IMG/VR virus record: IMGVR_UViG_3300002220_006883 | Length of the DNA stretch: 64,000 nucleotides | Direction: 5' to 3' (one strand) | Source of the DNA: a virus | Taxonomy: Duplodnaviria; Heunggongvirae; Uroviricota; Caudoviricetes | In this document: positions 51,834 to 61,387 of the stretch, piece by piece | Numbering within the stretch: position 1 is the first letter of the stretch | Layout: each line of letters opens with the position of its first letter | Made by a program: the position numbers and the translations under genes | Notes under the pieces: generated by a model | What the model was told of the DNA's origin: nothing | The model's input: only the letters and a program-made list of their open reading frames with translations | The model's database searches: none

Positions 51834-51869
51834 AAAAAACTGCATTTTGCAGTTTTTTTTTATTTACAT
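51834..51869 (+). terminator. rho-independent terminator
   Basis: AAAAAAACTGCATTTTGCAGTTTTTTTTT. Confidence 0.7.
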
Positions 51870-51911
51870 TTCAATTGTAAAATTTTATACACTTAACATA
51901 GTGAGGAAAAA

Positions 51912-53222
51912 ATGTTAAGTGTTATTAAAGAAATTATAGCAAAAAGAAAATCTATATCTTTATTAAAAAAAGGGGTTCCTTTTAATGATGATAGGTTTAA
52001 CTCTTTTAGAAAAAACAAAGCTATTATCCTAATAGCTTTAGATTACGATTTAAACACATTAAATTATGTTGAAAAAAGTATATTGTTAGATAAAGACATT
52101 ATACTTAAATCCATTCAAAAAAATCCATTAAATCTTCAGATGCATTCTGATGAAGAAATTATTGGCAATAAAGAAATTATATTAAATGCAATTAAGTTGG
52201 ATTATAAAAACATAAGGTTCGCTTCAGAAAATTTAAAAAATGATATTTCTTTTGCTAAAGAAATTTTAATTAAGGAACCAGATTGCCTTGAGTTTTTTTC
52301 AAACAAAATAAAAGACAATAAGGAAATTATTGACTTAGTTTTAAGTAAATTTTTTCATGGAAAAATTTTTAAATATATTGGTGAAAAATTTAAAGATGAT
52401 AAAGATGTTGTGTTAAAAGAAATGACTCATCATGGCGATATGTTTGAGTTTGTAAGTGATAGATTGAAGGCAGATGAAGAGGTTTTGATAAGTTCTTTAA
52501 AGAGCAGTAATGGTAATTCTATTATCTTTGCCAGTCCGACACTTAAATCTAATATGGATATAGTAAAAAATGCACTACAATATATAAATTATTCAAGCAT
52601 AAATGTTTTTAAAGATTTGGGGATGTTGGCTCAATCAAATAAAGAAATTGCATTACTGGCAATAAGCAAAAAACCTGAATCTTATTTGTATGTAAGTGAA
52701 GATTTAAAGAACGATATAGATATAGTTAAAACAGCAATCAAATTAGACGGTTCTTTGTTTAAATTTATACCCTTAAGTTTTAAACAAAACAAAGAAATAT
52801 TTTTATTGGCTATCAAGCAATATGCTCTAGCTATTGAATTTGCTACAGAAGAATTTAAAAATAATCTAGAAGTTGCTAAAATAGTATTGGCTAGTAAATA
52901 TGATAAAACCTTGTCTTTCTTTAGTGATGAAATAAGAGATAACAAAGAACTTGTATTGTTCGCTGTTAAAAATCATGCATCTCAATTAGAGTTTGCCAGT
53001 AAAAGATTAAAGATGGATTATGATTTGGTAAAGCAAGCTATAACTCAATCAGGAGTTACATATCGTTTTATTGATGAGAATTTAAAGTCAGATCCATATT
53101 TAATTAAAAAAGCAATAGAATGTAGCACTGGTTTAGCATTAAACTATATTGATGAAAAATATTTAAATCATCCAGAAATAAAAGAATTTGTTTATTCTTA
53201 TAAAAATAGATACAGAAATTAG
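51912..53222 (+). CDS. DUF4116-repeat protein
   Basis: many ~30 aa repeats of form (K/N)(E/D)(I/V)(I/V)L.A(I/V)K….L.FAS..LK.D. Confidence 0.55.
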   Translation: MLSVIKEIIAKRKSISLLKKGVPFNDDRFNSFRKNKAIILIALDYDLNTLNYVEKSILLDKDIILKSIQKNPLNLQMHSDEEIIGNKEIILNAIKLDYKNIRFASENLKNDISFAKEILIKEPDCLEFFSNKIKDNKEIIDLVLSKFFHGKIFKYIGEKFKDDKDVVLKEMTHHGDMFEFVSDRLKADEEVLISSLKSSNGNSIIFASPTLKSNMDIVKNALQYINYSSINVFKDLGMLAQSNKEIALLAISKKPESYLYVSEDLKNDIDIVKTAIKLDGSLFKFIPLSFKQNKEIFLLAIKQYALAIEFATEEFKNNLEVAKIVLASKYDKTLSFFSDEIRDNKELVLFAVKNHASQLEFASKRLKMDYDLVKQAITQSGVTYRFIDENLKSDPYLIKKAIECSTGLALNYIDEKYLNHPEIKEFVYSYKNRYRN

Positions 53223-53380
53223 TCTTTATGTTCTACTGAGTTTTTTCCTTCAAGTCCTTCTTTGAAACCATGTATTGAGCTTCCAACATCATGACCTATA
53301 TTTTTTAATTTTTTTGTTCCAAAAATAAGAGCTACTACAACTAAAACAATTAACCAATGCCAAATACTGAATCCACCCAT
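53219..53380 (-). CDS. tatA: twin-arginine translocase subunit TatA/E (53 aa)
   Basis: manual translation [43 protein letters not shown]…; SD AAGGAG upstream; too short for the ORF track. Confidence 0.8.
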   Translation of the reverse strand: MGGFSIWHWLIVLVVVALIFGTKKLKNIGHDVGSSIHGFKEGLEGKNSVEHKD

Positions 53381-54131
53381 TTTATTTCTCCTTTTATTGA
53401 TTAGAACTATATCATCTTTTTATCATATATCAATAGTGTTACATAATATTCTAATAAATAAAGAATAGAGTTTAAATAATTAAATATTAAGATAAATCTA
53501 AACGATGCCTTGAACGGCAAAGCTTACCCTAACCCAATTCAAAAGAATCAAGTTGATGCATTTGCACGTAAAAACAAGACATATGCCCCAGTTACGGCCT
53601 TGCTATATTTAGGTAAGCAAGTCTCTAGTTCAGTTCTCCTAAAGAACCCATAGCCTGGTCTAGATTCAGCTTCAGTGGTAGTTTGCTATGTCCCATTGTA
53701 CTACCTTCGGTAATCATTTACCTTATTAACCTTTATTCCAGCTTTCCTTTATAGATGGCTATCCGTAGATAGGTTGTCATTTTGTATTTACCATCGCCTC
53801 AACGTTAAATGTTATCTGGAGGTTATAATGTCCCAATCGGGAAATGAAAAAGCCTCATTACTGAAACTTAATCTTTTTTGACGCATAAGACATTAGGTCG
53901 CTAAATCTAGGCTAAGACCATGATTCTGTCAAATAGGTTTTTGCTTAAATTTTAAGCAAAACAAGTGCTATTTAAGAAAAACTCTATATATAATAATGGG
54001 TTACAGCTACCAAACTTTTTTTAAACTTTTTTTGCTGTTTTGGCCTTGACACAAAAATATTCAAAAATATGATTCTTTTTCAAACAAAATAAAAAAGTTC
54101 AGCTATAATAAACAAAACACAAAGGAGTGAT

Positions 54132-54353
54132 ATGAATAAAGAAGATATTGCGAATATAAAAATAATCTTATATGGAAGTAGTGAAGACTTCCAAAAACTT
54201 TATTTACAGAAGGAGTCTACTGAACCTGACTACATAGATAAATTGCTAAAAAAAGTTCATGAAAAAGTGGAATATCTAGTCGTAGAGAAAAAACTAGAAA
54301 AAATGCAAGATTTTCCTGAAGTAGAAAAAATTCTGAAAAAAATAAAGGATTAA
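54132..54353 (+). CDS. hypothetical small protein
   Basis: 73 aa ORF with SD AAGGAG. Confidence 0.5.
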   Translation: MNKEDIANIKIILYGSSEDFQKLYLQKESTEPDYIDKLLKKVHEKVEYLVVEKKLEKMQDFPEVEKILKKIKD

Positions 54354-54356
54354 ACA

Positions 54357-54731
54357 ATGAACAATCATGATAAAAATAATTTAAATTTTCTCTTAAGTGT
54401 AGATATTTGTACACTTTATGATTGGTATGAAAAAGTAGACGAAGATGATCATTTATATGCAATAGAGCTATTGACTAAATTTAATTTGGAAAATATTGAC
54501 ATCAATAAGAATGGATTAGATGAAAAAGATTTAGACAACTTAAAATTCTTATTGAATATAGACAATAAAACACTTTATGATTGGTATGAAAAAGTAAATG
54601 AAGAAGACCACTTATATGCAATAGAATTATTGACTGCTTTCAAGCAAGAAAAAATCAATTATGAAATTGAACAGGTGCTATCTTTAATGAAGGAATTCAC
54701 AGAAGTTAAGAAAATATTAAATAAGTTCTAA
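54357..54731 (+). CDS. small protein with internal tandem duplication
   Basis: two ~45 aa repeats (LNFLLSVDICTLYDWYEKVDEDDHLYAIELLTKF and LKFLLNIDNKTLYDWYEKVNEEDHLYAIELLTAF). Confidence 0.5.
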   Translation: MNNHDKNNLNFLLSVDICTLYDWYEKVDEDDHLYAIELLTKFNLENIDINKNGLDEKDLDNLKFLLNIDNKTLYDWYEKVNEEDHLYAIELLTAFKQEKINYEIEQVLSLMKEFTEVKKILNKF

Positions 54732-54736
54732 TTGAT

Positions 54737-55102
54737 TTGATTAATTTTGTTGATTATAATCTAAGGATGAAAAAAGAAAAAAACAAATATGAAAAATTGT
54801 TAAAGTTGGGAACAACAGCAGGAGTTGTTGCAATGTCTGCGTCCCCAACTTTAATGGCTGCATATAGTGGACTAATCATTCAACCAATCATGAAAATTGG
54901 AAACCCTTTTCAAAATGGATTAAAATTAACAATATTGTCAGCATTAGCAACATTCAATAGTAATGAGTTAGGTAAAAAAGCACATATTTGTGCAGAAAAT
55001 ACATTTGATAATGTTGAGAAAAAAATTGAAAAAGTGTTAAAGAGTATAAGACACAAAAAACAAAATAATAGGAATTACGTGAATCACCTCGACCTAAAGT
55101 AA
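54737..55102 (+). CDS. hypothetical protein with hydrophobic segment
   Basis: 121 aa ORF; could instead be the region overlapping the TnpB-associated RNA. Confidence 0.35.
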   Translation: MINFVDYNLRMKKEKNKYEKLLKLGTTAGVVAMSASPTLMAAYSGLIIQPIMKIGNPFQNGLKLTILSALATFNSNELGKKAHICAENTFDNVEKKIEKVLKSIRHKKQNNRNYVNHLDLK

Positions 55103-55117
55103 AAAACTTCAAGTTTT
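55102..55117. terminator. short bidirectional hairpin between convergent genes
   Basis: AAAAACTTCAAGTTTT. Confidence 0.4.
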
Positions 55118-55121
55118 CAAC

Positions 55122-57074
55122 TTAAATTAACGAGGCTTCTGTGTGATTTCTCACACCATCTTCTTTTGATTTAGCTAATTTAGCATTGGGGAGAAGTTCA
55201 GTAACGACCCCTATTTTATATTCATCTTCAACTATATTTTTAACTAACTTATAGTTGATGGTTTTAGTTCTACTGCATTGATAAACATTATCTTTGCCTA
55301 ACTTATTTCTTATGGTTTTATTTAATAACCTTGATTTAATGATTTTTGCTGCATTACTGTCTGCATTTATCTTTACTTTGTGATTAGCACAGGCTGGATT
55401 TCTACAGATAAATTCTTCTTGCTTAGTTCTGTTATTTCTAGATATGTAATGACAGACTGAACATTCCTGACTGGTATAAGCTGGATTGATAAAATGGGTA
55501 AAAATACCTTGTTTTTCAGCCATACTAGCTACCCAATGTTTTATCTGTCCTAATCTCAATAGTCTAGATAAACGACTGTATTTAATCTTTATACCTTTAT
55601 GTTCATAATAGCTTTTATCATTCAGTATATTCAAATCTTCAAATACTAAATGTAAGATATCTTTACTTTTCCAATCCTTGATTAATCCAGATAAATAAGT
55701 TTTTAATAAACTTTCATTACTGCGTAGTAATTTCTCATAACGGTATTTTTGTTTAACAGTTCTTTCTTCTGTTTTGATACTGAATAATTCTACAATTTCA
55801 TTTAAATTATCTATAAATCTATTTTTATTGTTGGAATTTAATATATCAGAATAAGTATGACCATTAGAATCAGCTATTAAATTGTGTTTTAAATTTAAAT
55901 CACAACCTAATGTATTTAATTCTGTTGGATTAATATTGGTTTTATTGATTAAATTATTTTCAATAACTTTAGCCAGATTATTCTGTTGTTCATAATTAAA
56001 GATTATATGAATTTTTCTGCTCTTAGAGTTATTCCTTAATTGTTCATATTTAATCAATATTTGTGGATTATCTTTAATTAATACATTATCTATGGATTTA
56101 CCAATACTTTTTAATCTAGATTTATTAAAAATTAATGGTAAATAGATGAAATTATCTTCATTATATTTATCTAGTAATTCTTGATAATTATCTTTAGTTT
56201 TAGTTTTATTATTTAACTTAGGTTCTCTAGAAGAAAGAGTTGATACTTTTCTAACTTTAATAAAATATTGATAATCTTTATTAGATAAATCTTTCACAAT
56301 GGATAATTGAGCATTATCTAAATGTCTAGCATGGGTTCCAGTTTGATAAATGGCTAATTTAACCTTGCTGATTAACCTTAGTTTTTTATCAATAATTAAC
56401 TGAATTAATCTATTGTAAATTAAAGGTTTATTGATTTTAAACTGTTTAATTTCATGATAGTTAGCAATAAGTTTGTTATAGGATTTAATTAATCTTTCTA
56501 ATTTACTGATTTCTTTATTAATATCTTCAGTTGAATTATCTTTATTATCCAATAAGTTTTTATTATGACTTAATTCAAGGTTATATTTAGATAAATAAGT
56601 AGTAAGTTGAATTAGTTTATCATCAATATTGAAATCTAAAGCATAAAACTTATTATTAACGATTAAGTTAGACTGAGAATTAATAAATAAAGCTATATTA
56701 TTGATATTAGATTTAGACTTAGAAACAATGAATTTAGCTTTATCTAAATATCTGGTAGTAGTCTCAGAATAATGCCCTGCAATCTCCTGGAATATAGTTT
56801 GTCTTTCCCAAGAATTTAACTGAGAATTATCTAAGAATTTATAATGAGTAAGAAAAGGCTTATAATCTGAGACTAAAGATAATAGATTATCATAGCAATA
56901 TTGAGAAATGATATTTTTATAGTTTTTAGTATTATCAATTAAAGCGAAAAATTCATTAAATTTATCAACATTACAAACTCTAGAATCAATCGTAACACGT
57001 GATGACTTAACATCAGGTTTAAACAAGTTAATGTTTTTATTCTTAACGATTGATTTCTTTAATTTCTTCATCAA
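55122..57074 (-). CDS. tnpB: TnpB/Cas12-like RuvC nuclease, 650 aa, with N-terminal extension (IS200/IS605 OrfB-type)
   Basis: RuvC-I LGCDLN (D392), RuvC-II VFEDLN (E479, 87 aa spacing as in canonical TnpB), CxxC…CxxC zinc finger, RuvC-III INADSNAAKII (D572). Confidence 0.8.
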   Translation of the reverse strand: MMKKLKKSIVKNKNINLFKPDVKSSRVTIDSRVCNVDKFNEFFALIDNTKNYKNIISQYCYDNLLSLVSDYKPFLTHYKFLDNSQLNSWERQTIFQEIAGHYSETTTRYLDKAKFIVSKSKSNINNIALFINSQSNLIVNNKFYALDFNIDDKLIQLTTYLSKYNLELSHNKNLLDNKDNSTEDINKEISKLERLIKSYNKLIANYHEIKQFKINKPLIYNRLIQLIIDKKLRLISKVKLAIYQTGTHARHLDNAQLSIVKDLSNKDYQYFIKVRKVSTLSSREPKLNNKTKTKDNYQELLDKYNEDNFIYLPLIFNKSRLKSIGKSIDNVLIKDNPQILIKYEQLRNNSKSRKIHIIFNYEQQNNLAKVIENNLINKTNINPTELNTLGCDLNLKHNLIADSNGHTYSDILNSNNKNRFIDNLNEIVELFSIKTEERTVKQKYRYEKLLRSNESLLKTYLSGLIKDWKSKDILHLVFEDLNILNDKSYYEHKGIKIKYSRLSRLLRLGQIKHWVASMAEKQGIFTHFINPAYTSQECSVCHYISRNNRTKQEEFICRNPACANHKVKINADSNAAKIIKSRLLNKTIRNKLGKDNVYQCSRTKTINYKLVKNIVEDEYKIGVVTELLPNAKLAKSKEDGVRNHTEASLI

Positions 57075-57214
57075 TTTAGATTACTTAATTAAATTAATTT
57101 TGTCAATTAAATATTGAGTTAATTTATAATTAGTAATACCAAACCTAAAGGTTTGTGTAACTTACATCACCGCCCCAAAGGGCGATGTTTTTCGTTACTA
57201 GAGGATAATAAACA

Positions 57215-57254
57215 AAAGCCCCTCCGAAAACGTGTTGTTTTTTGTGGGGCTTTT
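57215..57254. terminator. hairpin or terminator upstream of the tnpB-like gene
   Basis: AAAAGCCCC…GGGGCTTTT. Confidence 0.4.
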
Positions 57255-57330
57255 GTTTATTAAACCTTATAAATCAAGAAGTTAGGTAAAACTTTCCTTG
57301 CTTACGAAAAAGTTTTTACCATTAAAATGA

Positions 57331-57385
57331 AAAAAGCCTTGAATTTCAAGGCTTTAGTATTACTTCTCAAAATTTAGCAACACAA
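57331..57385 (-). terminator. conserved terminator-hairpin repeat, copy 3
   Basis: AAAAAAGCCTTGAATTTCAAGGCTTTAGTATTACTTCTCAAAATTTA, ~90% identical to 7693-7745; a second hairpin follows. Confidence 0.6.
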
Positions 57386-57438
57386 TTTGAGAGTGGCTTG
57401 GGGTTCCCAAGGCTTTTCACAAAATCAATAAAATAATT

Positions 57439-57873
57439 TTACTTTTTAGAAACTTTATTCAAAATTTCATTAGAGACAGACTTCGCTTTCTTTTGTTCTT
57501 CATCTGTAAATTTACCATTAGAAATTAAAAGGTTTACTCTGTTTTTACAGTATTTTAGTGTTTCAATATGTGTATCTACAGGTAGTGCTTCAATTTTTCT
57601 ACTAGAGAGTTTTGCTTTTTCCTTAGATTCTTTTTCAAGATTGGAAGTAATATTTAGAAACAAAACAGAATGGTATGCGATTTCATGAATAACTTCACTT
57701 TTATTACTTGAGCCACTTCTAGCTCCAGCAATAGCCATACCAACTAACAATTCACCACACATTCTATCTTGAAGAACAGGTGTTTCACTTGTAAAGATTT
57801 TAGGTAGCTCTGGAGTTTGAGCATAAACTAAAGAACTTAAAGTTAAGAGTGAAGATAATAAAATTTTTTTCAT
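57439..57873 (-). CDS. secreted hypothetical protein
   Basis: signal peptide MKKILLSSLLTLSSLVYA. Confidence 0.5.
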   Translation of the reverse strand: MKKILLSSLLTLSSLVYAQTPELPKIFTSETPVLQDRMCGELLVGMAIAGARSGSSNKSEVIHEIAYHSVLFLNITSNLEKESKEKAKLSSRKIEALPVDTHIETLKYCKNRVNLLISNGKFTDEEQKKAKSVSNEILNKVSKK

Positions 57874-57928
57874 TGTTTATCCTTATAAAGTTTGTGATTA
57901 TATACTATTTTTATATTTTTGTGTTAAA

Positions 57929-58813
57929 TTATTCTTCACATTGATTAGAGCTTGAGAATAATTTTTGTTGTTGAGTTACAAAAGAATAAGAGTAAGAATT
58001 GTTATATAGTTCTAATTTTAAAATTCCAAAATCAAAATAACTGTTTTTAACATCTAGGTTAAATGGATTAACTTTATTACTAATTGGGACTCCACCAGTA
58101 CCTACGACAAAATGTTTGGTTTTGTTAATCATCTTGCTCTCTTGAAAATGATGGTCATGACCAGATAAAATAATAGTTGGTGGAGATTTATTAATTACCT
58201 TCATCAACTCTTTCACAGAAGATTTAATTGGTCTTAATCCACTACTGATATATGGATGGTGCATAGAAATAATTGTACATGTTTTTTTATTTTTCAAAAT
58301 ATTTTCTAGCCAGATTATTTGTTCTCTATTATCTTCATTTTCTAAATTAGTATCAAGAAAAATAAAACTCCAATTATTTTTGTTAAAGCTGTAATAATTA
58401 TAAAAGCCATTAGTTATTTGATGATAACTATTTTGTTCTTGTTTTTTAACTAAATCTTGATTGTTAGCAAAATATTCAAAATAAGGTGTTGCTTTGTCTG
58501 CATAATACTCATGGTTTCCTACTGTCGGAAATGTTTTGTTTTTAATTTTGCCAAAATATTTACCATAACATTTTTCTAATTTCTTTTGGGTTCCTTCTTC
58601 ATATACTAAATCTCCAAGTGGGAAGAAGAAATCAAAATTATTTTTAGAAACTAGATTCGATACTGATTTAACACCAATTTCTTTATCTCGCTCACAATAT
58701 GCAATGTCACCAACAGTTAAAACAGTTATTGGCTTTTCTGTCGCCAGAACACTACAGGATAAAAATAAAATAGATAAACCTATAAATTTAAATTTCATAA
58801 AATACACTTTCAA
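57929..58813 (-). CDS. secreted calcineurin-like metallophosphoesterase
   Basis: signal peptide; GDIAY, GNHEY and GHDHH metallophosphatase motifs. Confidence 0.7.
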   Translation of the reverse strand: MKVYFMKFKFIGLSILFLSCSVLATEKPITVLTVGDIAYCERDKEIGVKSVSNLVSKNNFDFFFPLGDLVYEEGTQKKLEKCYGKYFGKIKNKTFPTVGNHEYYADKATPYFEYFANNQDLVKKQEQNSYHQITNGFYNYYSFNKNNWSFIFLDTNLENEDNREQIIWLENILKNKKTCTIISMHHPYISSGLRPIKSSVKELMKVINKSPPTIILSGHDHHFQESKMINKTKHFVVGTGGVPISNKVNPFNLDVKNSYFDFGILKLELYNNSYSYSFVTQQQKLFSSSNQCEE

Positions 58814-59000
58814 GTAAAGATAAATATTATTTTATTTTTAGAAAAATAACAATATGAAAACTTTAATATTTTATTTTTTTTGTTTGACAATGTTAGCTTT
58901 TTAAACTATTGTACGGAGATTGTTTGGAAAAGAAACAGATTGAATTTTAAAAAAAATCTGTTAAAATATTCTTTCCAGTAAAAAAAATTAAGGAGTTTTT

Positions 59001-61289
59001 ATGCAAATAACAAAAAGAGATGGAATAAAGCAAGAATTAGATTTAAATAAGATTCATGCTGTGTTAACTTGGGCATGTGAAGGTCAAAATGATGATGCTT
59101 TACATCCAATTAAGGGAGTTTCTATTTCCCAAATCGAAATGCGTGCTCAATTGCATTTTTATGATGGTATGCCAACCAAACAAATACATGAAACATTAAT
59201 TAAGGCTGCTTCTGAATTAATTTCTGAAGATTTTCCAAATTATGATCAGGTTGCTGCTCGTTTAGTTTGGTTTGCTGTTCGTAAAGAAGCATTCCGTAAT
59301 AATTTGCCACCACATTTATCAAAAATCATTCATACAAACGTTGATAATGGTGTTTATGCTAGAGATATTTTAGATTTATATACAGAAGAAGAAATAGATG
59401 AATTAAATGCAATGATTGATCATCGTCGTGATGATTTGTTTAAATATGCTGGTGCAGAACAGATGCGTAAAAAGTATTTGGTTCAAAACCGTAAAACTAA
59501 AAAGGTATTTGAGTCATTCCAATTCCCTTACATTATGGTGGCAGCATTGTTATTTGGTCGTTACCCTAAAAATACAAGAATGAAATATGTTAAAAAATAT
59601 TATGATTTAATTTCTCAACATTATATTTCTCTTCCAACTCCAATTATGGCAGGATTAAGAACAAAGGTTAAACAGTTTAGTTCTTGCACATTAATAGAAT
59701 CTGGAGACTCATTAAAATCTATTAATGCAGCAGCAGCAGCAATTGTGGATTATGCTTCACGTAAAGCGGGTATTGGTTTAAGTATTGGTTCTATCCGTGC
59801 GGAAGGTCAAAAGGTTCGTGGTGGTGATGCTGTAACAACTGGTGTAATTCCTTTTGCTAAATATTTTAATGGAGCATTAAAATCTTGTTCACAAGGTGCT
59901 GTTCGTGGTGCATCAGCAACTTTTAACTATCCAGTATGGCACTTAGAATTCGAAAGACTTATTGAATTGAAAAACAATAAGGGAACAGAAGAAACTCGTT
60001 TAAGAACTGTAGATTACTGTATTCATTTAAATAAATTATTTTACGAGCGTTTAGTAAAAAAAGGTGACATTACATTCTTTAGCCCTGAAGAAGTGCCTGA
60101 TCTATACAAGGCTTTCTATTCAAGTGATTATAAAAACTTTGAAAAGTTATATAAACAATATGAAAAAGATACTTCTATCACAAAAAAATCTTTGCCAGCA
60201 GTTCAAGTGTTCACTAAAATAATGCAAGAGCGTTTTGAAACTGGTCGTATTTATATTATGAATGCTGATCATGTAAATTCTCACGGTTCATTCTATGAAC
60301 CAATCAAAATGACAAATCTTTGTACCGAGATCACCTTGCCTACTGAACCAGTCACTTATCCTGGTGATACACAATATGCTGATGAAAATGGTTTGATTGC
60401 TCTTTGCACATTATCCGCTATTAACTGGGGTAAATTTACTCCATTTGGTGAATTAGACCAAGAAAGCTCTACACCACATCGTCAAGAAATGAGACTTAAA
60501 GATGCATGTGAAATGGCTGTCCGTGGATTAGATGCTCTTTTGGATTATCAAGAATACCCAGTAGAAGCAGCACGTCGTCACAGTATGAGATACCGTCCAT
60601 TAGGTGTTGGTATTATTGGTTTCGCTCACTGGTTAGCCAAAGGGAGATTATATTGGGGTGAAGAAAATACTTTAGTAGAAGTAGAAGCTATGATGGAAAA
60701 AATGGCTTATTACTTAACAGAGGCATCTATTGATTTAGCTGAAGAATTTGGTGGTTTAACTGTTAAGACAAAATATCATGATGGAATTTTTCCTATTGAT
60801 ACTTCAGTATTAAAAGCTAAAACAAAAATGGATTGGGGAAGATTAAAAACTAAAGCAAAACAATTTGGTATTAGAAATGCCACATTAATGGCTTTGATGC
60901 CATCAGAAACATCATCACAATTATCTAATGAAACAAATGGTATTGAGCCACCTAGAGATATGCTTTCTATTAAGGGTTCAAAAGAAGGTGTTTTACCACA
61001 AATTGTTCCAGAATACTCTAAATTAGCAGCATTCTATCAGACATTATGGCAAGTTCCTTCACAAGATTACTTGAAAACATTGGCAATTTTACAGAAGTAT
61101 ATAGATCAAGCCATCAGTGTAAATACTTCTTACGATCCAAGTAAGGGTGAAATAAAAATGAGTAGATTGATTGATGATTTATTGTTTTCTTATAAATTAG
61201 GTCATAAAACACTTTATTATTCAAATACTAGAGATGGTAGTGGAGATGAAACTGATGATGGATGCGATTCAGGTGCATGTAAGATCTAA
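59001..61289 (+). CDS. nrdA: ribonucleotide reductase class Ia alpha subunit
   Basis: 762 aa; ATP-cone N-terminus; catalytic-site region; C-terminal Cys pair (CDSGACKI). Confidence 0.95.
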   Translation: MQITKRDGIKQELDLNKIHAVLTWACEGQNDDALHPIKGVSISQIEMRAQLHFYDGMPTKQIHETLIKAASELISEDFPNYDQVAARLVWFAVRKEAFRNNLPPHLSKIIHTNVDNGVYARDILDLYTEEEIDELNAMIDHRRDDLFKYAGAEQMRKKYLVQNRKTKKVFESFQFPYIMVAALLFGRYPKNTRMKYVKKYYDLISQHYISLPTPIMAGLRTKVKQFSSCTLIESGDSLKSINAAAAAIVDYASRKAGIGLSIGSIRAEGQKVRGGDAVTTGVIPFAKYFNGALKSCSQGAVRGASATFNYPVWHLEFERLIELKNNKGTEETRLRTVDYCIHLNKLFYERLVKKGDITFFSPEEVPDLYKAFYSSDYKNFEKLYKQYEKDTSITKKSLPAVQVFTKIMQERFETGRIYIMNADHVNSHGSFYEPIKMTNLCTEITLPTEPVTYPGDTQYADENGLIALCTLSAINWGKFTPFGELDQESSTPHRQEMRLKDACEMAVRGLDALLDYQEYPVEAARRHSMRYRPLGVGIIGFAHWLAKGRLYWGEENTLVEVEAMMEKMAYYLTEASIDLAEEFGGLTVKTKYHDGIFPIDTSVLKAKTKMDWGRLKTKAKQFGIRNATLMALMPSETSSQLSNETNGIEPPRDMLSIKGSKEGVLPQIVPEYSKLAAFYQTLWQVPSQDYLKTLAILQKYIDQAISVNTSYDPSKGEIKMSRLIDDLLFSYKLGHKTLYYSNTRDGSGDETDDGCDSGACKI

Positions 61290-61387
61290 AAAATCTAATT
61301 AAAATCAAACAAGAAACCTCTTTTTAGAGGTTTCTTTATTTATTCTTAATTTTTTATTTGTTATAATAATTGAAAAGTGGAATAAAT

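Noticed and set aside
52682-52945. ORF antisense to the DUF4116 gene
   Set aside because: Shadow ORF.
53390-54131. tmRNA, RNase P RNA, 4.5S/SRP or group II intron in the GC-rich non-coding island
   Set aside because: None of the diagnostic motifs was found on either strand: tmRNA 5' GGGG…/3' …TCCACCA and an Ala-resume tag ending LAA*; RNase P P4 GGAAAGTCCGG / AGGGTGAAA; SRP GGTGCTGTTTACCAGG; group II domain V. The region is kept as an unexplained finding instead.
57141-57170. TTAC tetranucleotide next to the putative left-end hairpin as the IS608-type target site
   Set aside because: On the strand that is sense for the tnpB-like gene the motif reads GTAA, so it does not support a canonical IS608 LE junction.
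53230-57440. CRISPR array expected near the TnpB/Cas12-like gene
   Set aside because: I scanned the flanks (53230-55120 and 57075-57440) for direct repeats of 25-40 nt with regular spacing and found none; only hairpins and terminator repeats.
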